Below the pieces are notes generated by a model, which saw only the letters and a list, made by a program, of their open reading frames with translations, made no database searches and was not told the origin of the DNA. A DNA stretch of 64,000 bases from a virus, in the IMG/VR virus record IMGVR_UViG_3300035189_000033, positions 22,539 through 86,538 of that record; one strand, written 5' to 3'. The translations under genes and the position numbers were made by a program. Of this stretch, positions 63,561-64,000 are shown one piece after another (position 1 is the first letter of the stretch; each line of letters starts with the position of its first letter).

Positions 63561-64000
63561 GCGGACAGCCATGGGACGATCCGCAGGACGCCCAACTGCG
63601 CGCCTTGTGGGCGACAGGCATGTCGGCCAAGGCGATCGGCGTGGCGATGGGCCGCTCGAAGAGCAGCATCATCGGCCGCGCCCATCGGCTTGATCTGGAA
63701 GGCCGCCCCTCGCCGATCAGACCTTTCACAAGCGCGGGGGAATGCGCGCCCTCCGCACGACATGCCGAAGGCGCGCCCTCCGCGCGACATGCCGAAGGCG
63801 CGCCCTCCGCGCGACGCAAAGCGGCGTCCGGCGACGCGCCGCCGAATCTGCGGGCGAGGAATGCACCCGCACCAAAGGTCACCTTGCCGCCGATTCAAAG
63901 GACTGAACCGCCCCTCGCGCCCCCTCGGGAGGCACCCCAAGCGCCGGTTGTGATCTTCAAGCCCCCCCCCCCCCCCCCCAGCACGGGGGCCCAGGTGGGC
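63557..64000 (+). CDS. GcrA-like cell-cycle regulator (3' truncated)
   Basis: WDD..DAQLRALWATGMSAKAIG..MGRSKSSIIGRAHRL.L..RPSPI; ATGA-coupled; 27-bp repeats at 63744-63815; C18 tract at 63962-63979. Confidence 0.85.
   Translation, partial: MSGQPWDDPQDAQLRALWATGMSAKAIGVAMGRSKSSIIGRAHRLDLEGRPSPIRPFTSAGECAPSARHAEGAPSARHAEGAPSARRKAASGDAPPNLRARNAPAPKVTLPPIQRTEPPLAPPREAPQAPVVIFKPPPPPPSTGAQVG

Larger units (their letters stand above)
1..64000. mobile_element. Temperate P22-like podovirus genome (partial, non-integrated form)
   Basis: Scaffold, P22-type coat, gp4/gp10-like and ejection proteins, lysis genes, integrase with attP, cI/cro and recombination genes; no host housekeeping genes seen. Confidence 0.95.

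Overview
Most of the genome of a GC-rich temperate podovirus with a P22-like virion module. The host is very probably an alphaproteobacterium (GcrA-like and GapR-like genes, tRNA-Arg attachment core). Terminase and portal are not in the window and probably lie upstream. Layout: 1-35 kb rightward head, tail and DNA-ejection genes, including a 4349-aa DarB-like polyvalent protein and several reverse-strand morons; 35-41.8 kb leftward small accessory ORFs; 41.8-48.7 kb PurD-like ATP-grasp, tail fibre, endolysin, holin, two glycosyltransferase-like genes and a REC/wHTH pair; 48.7-52 kb small ORFs and a tnpB-only IS200/IS605 element; 52.5 kb an intact attP, so this is the excised or virion form; then integrase, xis, RecT, ExoX and YqaJ, the cI/cro switch, RusA, a dual-frame C5 methylase and GcrA. 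Top candidate for an undescribed system: two small genes nested in the +1 frame inside linkers of the giant ejected protein, each with its own SD and promoter-like elements and each beside an enzymatic domain (possible built-in inhibitors or chaperones). Other highlights: a naturally split gp10 tail hub, a gene interrupted by a 44-nt hairpin, non-canonical start codons, and a silent TnpB insertion whose empty site can be reconstructed. All family assignments come from motif recognition by eye; no database searches were run.
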